Source of the DNA: Podarcis pityusensis
Lineage: Eukaryota
Strand: one strand, 5' to 3'
Assembly (NCBI GenBank): GCA_964106645.2
Contig: OZ067039.1
DNA: 64,000 bases
Shown one piece after another: positions 62,134 to 64,000 of this stretch. Within the stretch, counting starts at the first letter, position 1, and the number at the start of each line of letters is the position of its first letter. Position numbers and translations under genes: made by a program. The notes beneath the pieces were generated by a model that made no database searches, was not told where the DNA came from, and saw nothing but the letters and a program-made list of their open reading frames with translations.

Positions 62134-64000
62134 GTAGGTCCGTGCGTCTGTAGGTGGGTGGTGCCCTTCACAGAGGCAAACTCCTTCCCCGCCACCCCAC
62201 CTCTGAGGGCTGGAAAGACTGGGGGGGAACTCATCCCTGGAGGCAGGGAGGTGTCTGCTATATGTCTCCTTCCCAAGGATGGGGAAACCTGTGGCCCTCC
62301 AGATGTTGTGGAACTACAACTCCCATCAGCCCCAGTCAGCATGGCCAGTAGGATGGGAATTGTAGTTCAGCGCGTTCTGGCTGAAGCCCAGGCTTAGCTC
62401 ACTTGCCTTGAGCTATGTTACTCGGCCACAGCCTTTCCACCCTCAGCAGCTGTTGTAGCTGCACTGGGATTACAGCCTCGCTGTGTGTGAACAGCAAGCG
62501 AGAATGTTCCCCTTGGTCAAGCCTTGCCTCAGTCAACATCTAGTAACTAGTATCATGCTAGCTTTTATTTCTCAGGGCCAAACCAGGCTTGGCGGTTTTT
62601 TTGTTCTAATTTTAATGGGGTTGCAGGTGGTTCTGCGTCTGATCAGAGCAGCGGTGGTGCAGAAAGGTGCTTAACCTTTTCTCTCAGACAGTTTTCCTGA
62701 TCAAAATCAGCCCCTCATTTCACCAGCTGTTTTGCATTGTGTATATACTGGATTTCTGTTTTCCACAGCAAGAAAAGCAGCACAGGTCGCACTTGGATCA
62801 GGAAAATGGCCTGTAGGTTAAACTCCCTTCCACTAATCCAGCTAGATTTGGGGTAAAAACCAAACCTGTGTGGGGACACACCACATGCTTCTGTCCACAT
62901 AGTTACTGTGGCCCTGAGCTTTTATACATGGGGGGTTCAAAAAATCCAGGTGCGCAGTAGCTGGGTCTGGTGACTGGGTTGCGTCAAAGCACACAAGGCT
63001 GTTTGCTTCTAGCCGGTGCCTAGAAAATTTTGCTACCTCTTTACTTAGGGCGGGGCCATAATTCAGGGATAGAGGACATAGTTTGCATGCAGAATGCCCC
63101 AGGTTAACTCCCTGGCAGATATCAGGGGGTGTTGAAGACCTCTCTGCCTGAGACCCTGGAGAGCAATCGCTAGCCAGGAGCGACAACGTGGGCTGTATGG
63201 ACACATAATCTGGACTGGTATTCTTTTATCTCTTTATTTAATCTTTACCTGACTCTTCAGCTGAAAAAGCTCAAAGAGCAGTTTATGTACAGTCAATGAA
63301 AACAAGGCAGTCCCTTCCTGCAGGCTTACAACCTAAAATAAGGAAAAAAGGAATGGGTAGGGAAGAGCAAGGGGCAGGGAAGCAAAGCCAGCCCTCAGTT
63401 TTTAAATAGGAGAGTTCATAATTGAGATGGGGAGCAGAACTACTAATGTGCATCTTATCTCTGTGCAGTAGGCTAATTTCTCCACACACACCTGTTTCCT
63501 CCACCCAGATACGCCAGAGGCATTATCAGAGTTCCTTGGCAGATTCTAGTCAGGGGAAAACAGTCAAAGAGGGTTCCAAGCAGGGTTAGGGAGAGGGTGG
63601 CCTGGGGAGGGAAGAGGTGGCTGGGGTAGTTGTGCGCTTCCAAGCGCCAGATAGAGAGACCAGGAGGACTGCATTCAAGCCTGGTCCGGATTCCCCACAC
63701 CTGCTTTAAATGACCAGCTGGGATGGAAGGTGTTCAGGTCCCTCAGCAGAACCAGTGTCATGGTCCTGCTTACCACCTCCCTAAGGCAGCTGGAAGTATT
63801 GCTTGCATAATGAATGCATAGTCTTTTGAGTGCAAAAGAAAAACTAAGCAAGCAGGGTGGTTTCAGACACTGTGGATAAAGAAGCGGGGAGACGTGTGAG
63901 TGCCTCTCTCCCTGCTAGAGAGGTAGGAAGGTTGTCTTCCACTGACGTCGGCAGAAGTCTTGCAAGCACTGTCGGTCTGGTCCGACACAGACCCACATTT

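Overview
Vertebrate genomic DNA, most likely a squamate (lacertid-type lizard, judged from Sauria-type SINEs and other repeats). Gene order is MARS1(+), DDIT3/CHOP(-), MBD6(+), as at human 12q13.3. MARS1 exons 2-21 span 627-37395 (exon 1 lies upstream of the window). Exons 8-17 occur twice (12609-21587 and 21788-31722) on either side of a 200-N gap; this is most likely an uncollapsed pair of haplotypes, although a real duplication would splice in frame. Only the second copy carries a nested insertion (a 530-bp solo LTR with a 6-bp TSD inside a solo LTR with a 5-bp TSD), placed at the predicted branch point of exon 14. MARS1 intron 4 holds an antisense L1/Tx1-type LINE with an intact 5' end and a missing 3' end. 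Other signals: a candidate 27-nt in-frame MARS1 microexon, back-to-back poly(A) signals for MARS1 and DDIT3, a spliced CHOP uORF ending in ILIHHHT, and an AARE/AP-1/CRE promoter. MBD6 continues past the last exon identified here. No RNA genes or CRISPR arrays are supported. Exon numbers follow human MARS1, and all comparisons to human proteins are from recall, not from a run alignment.
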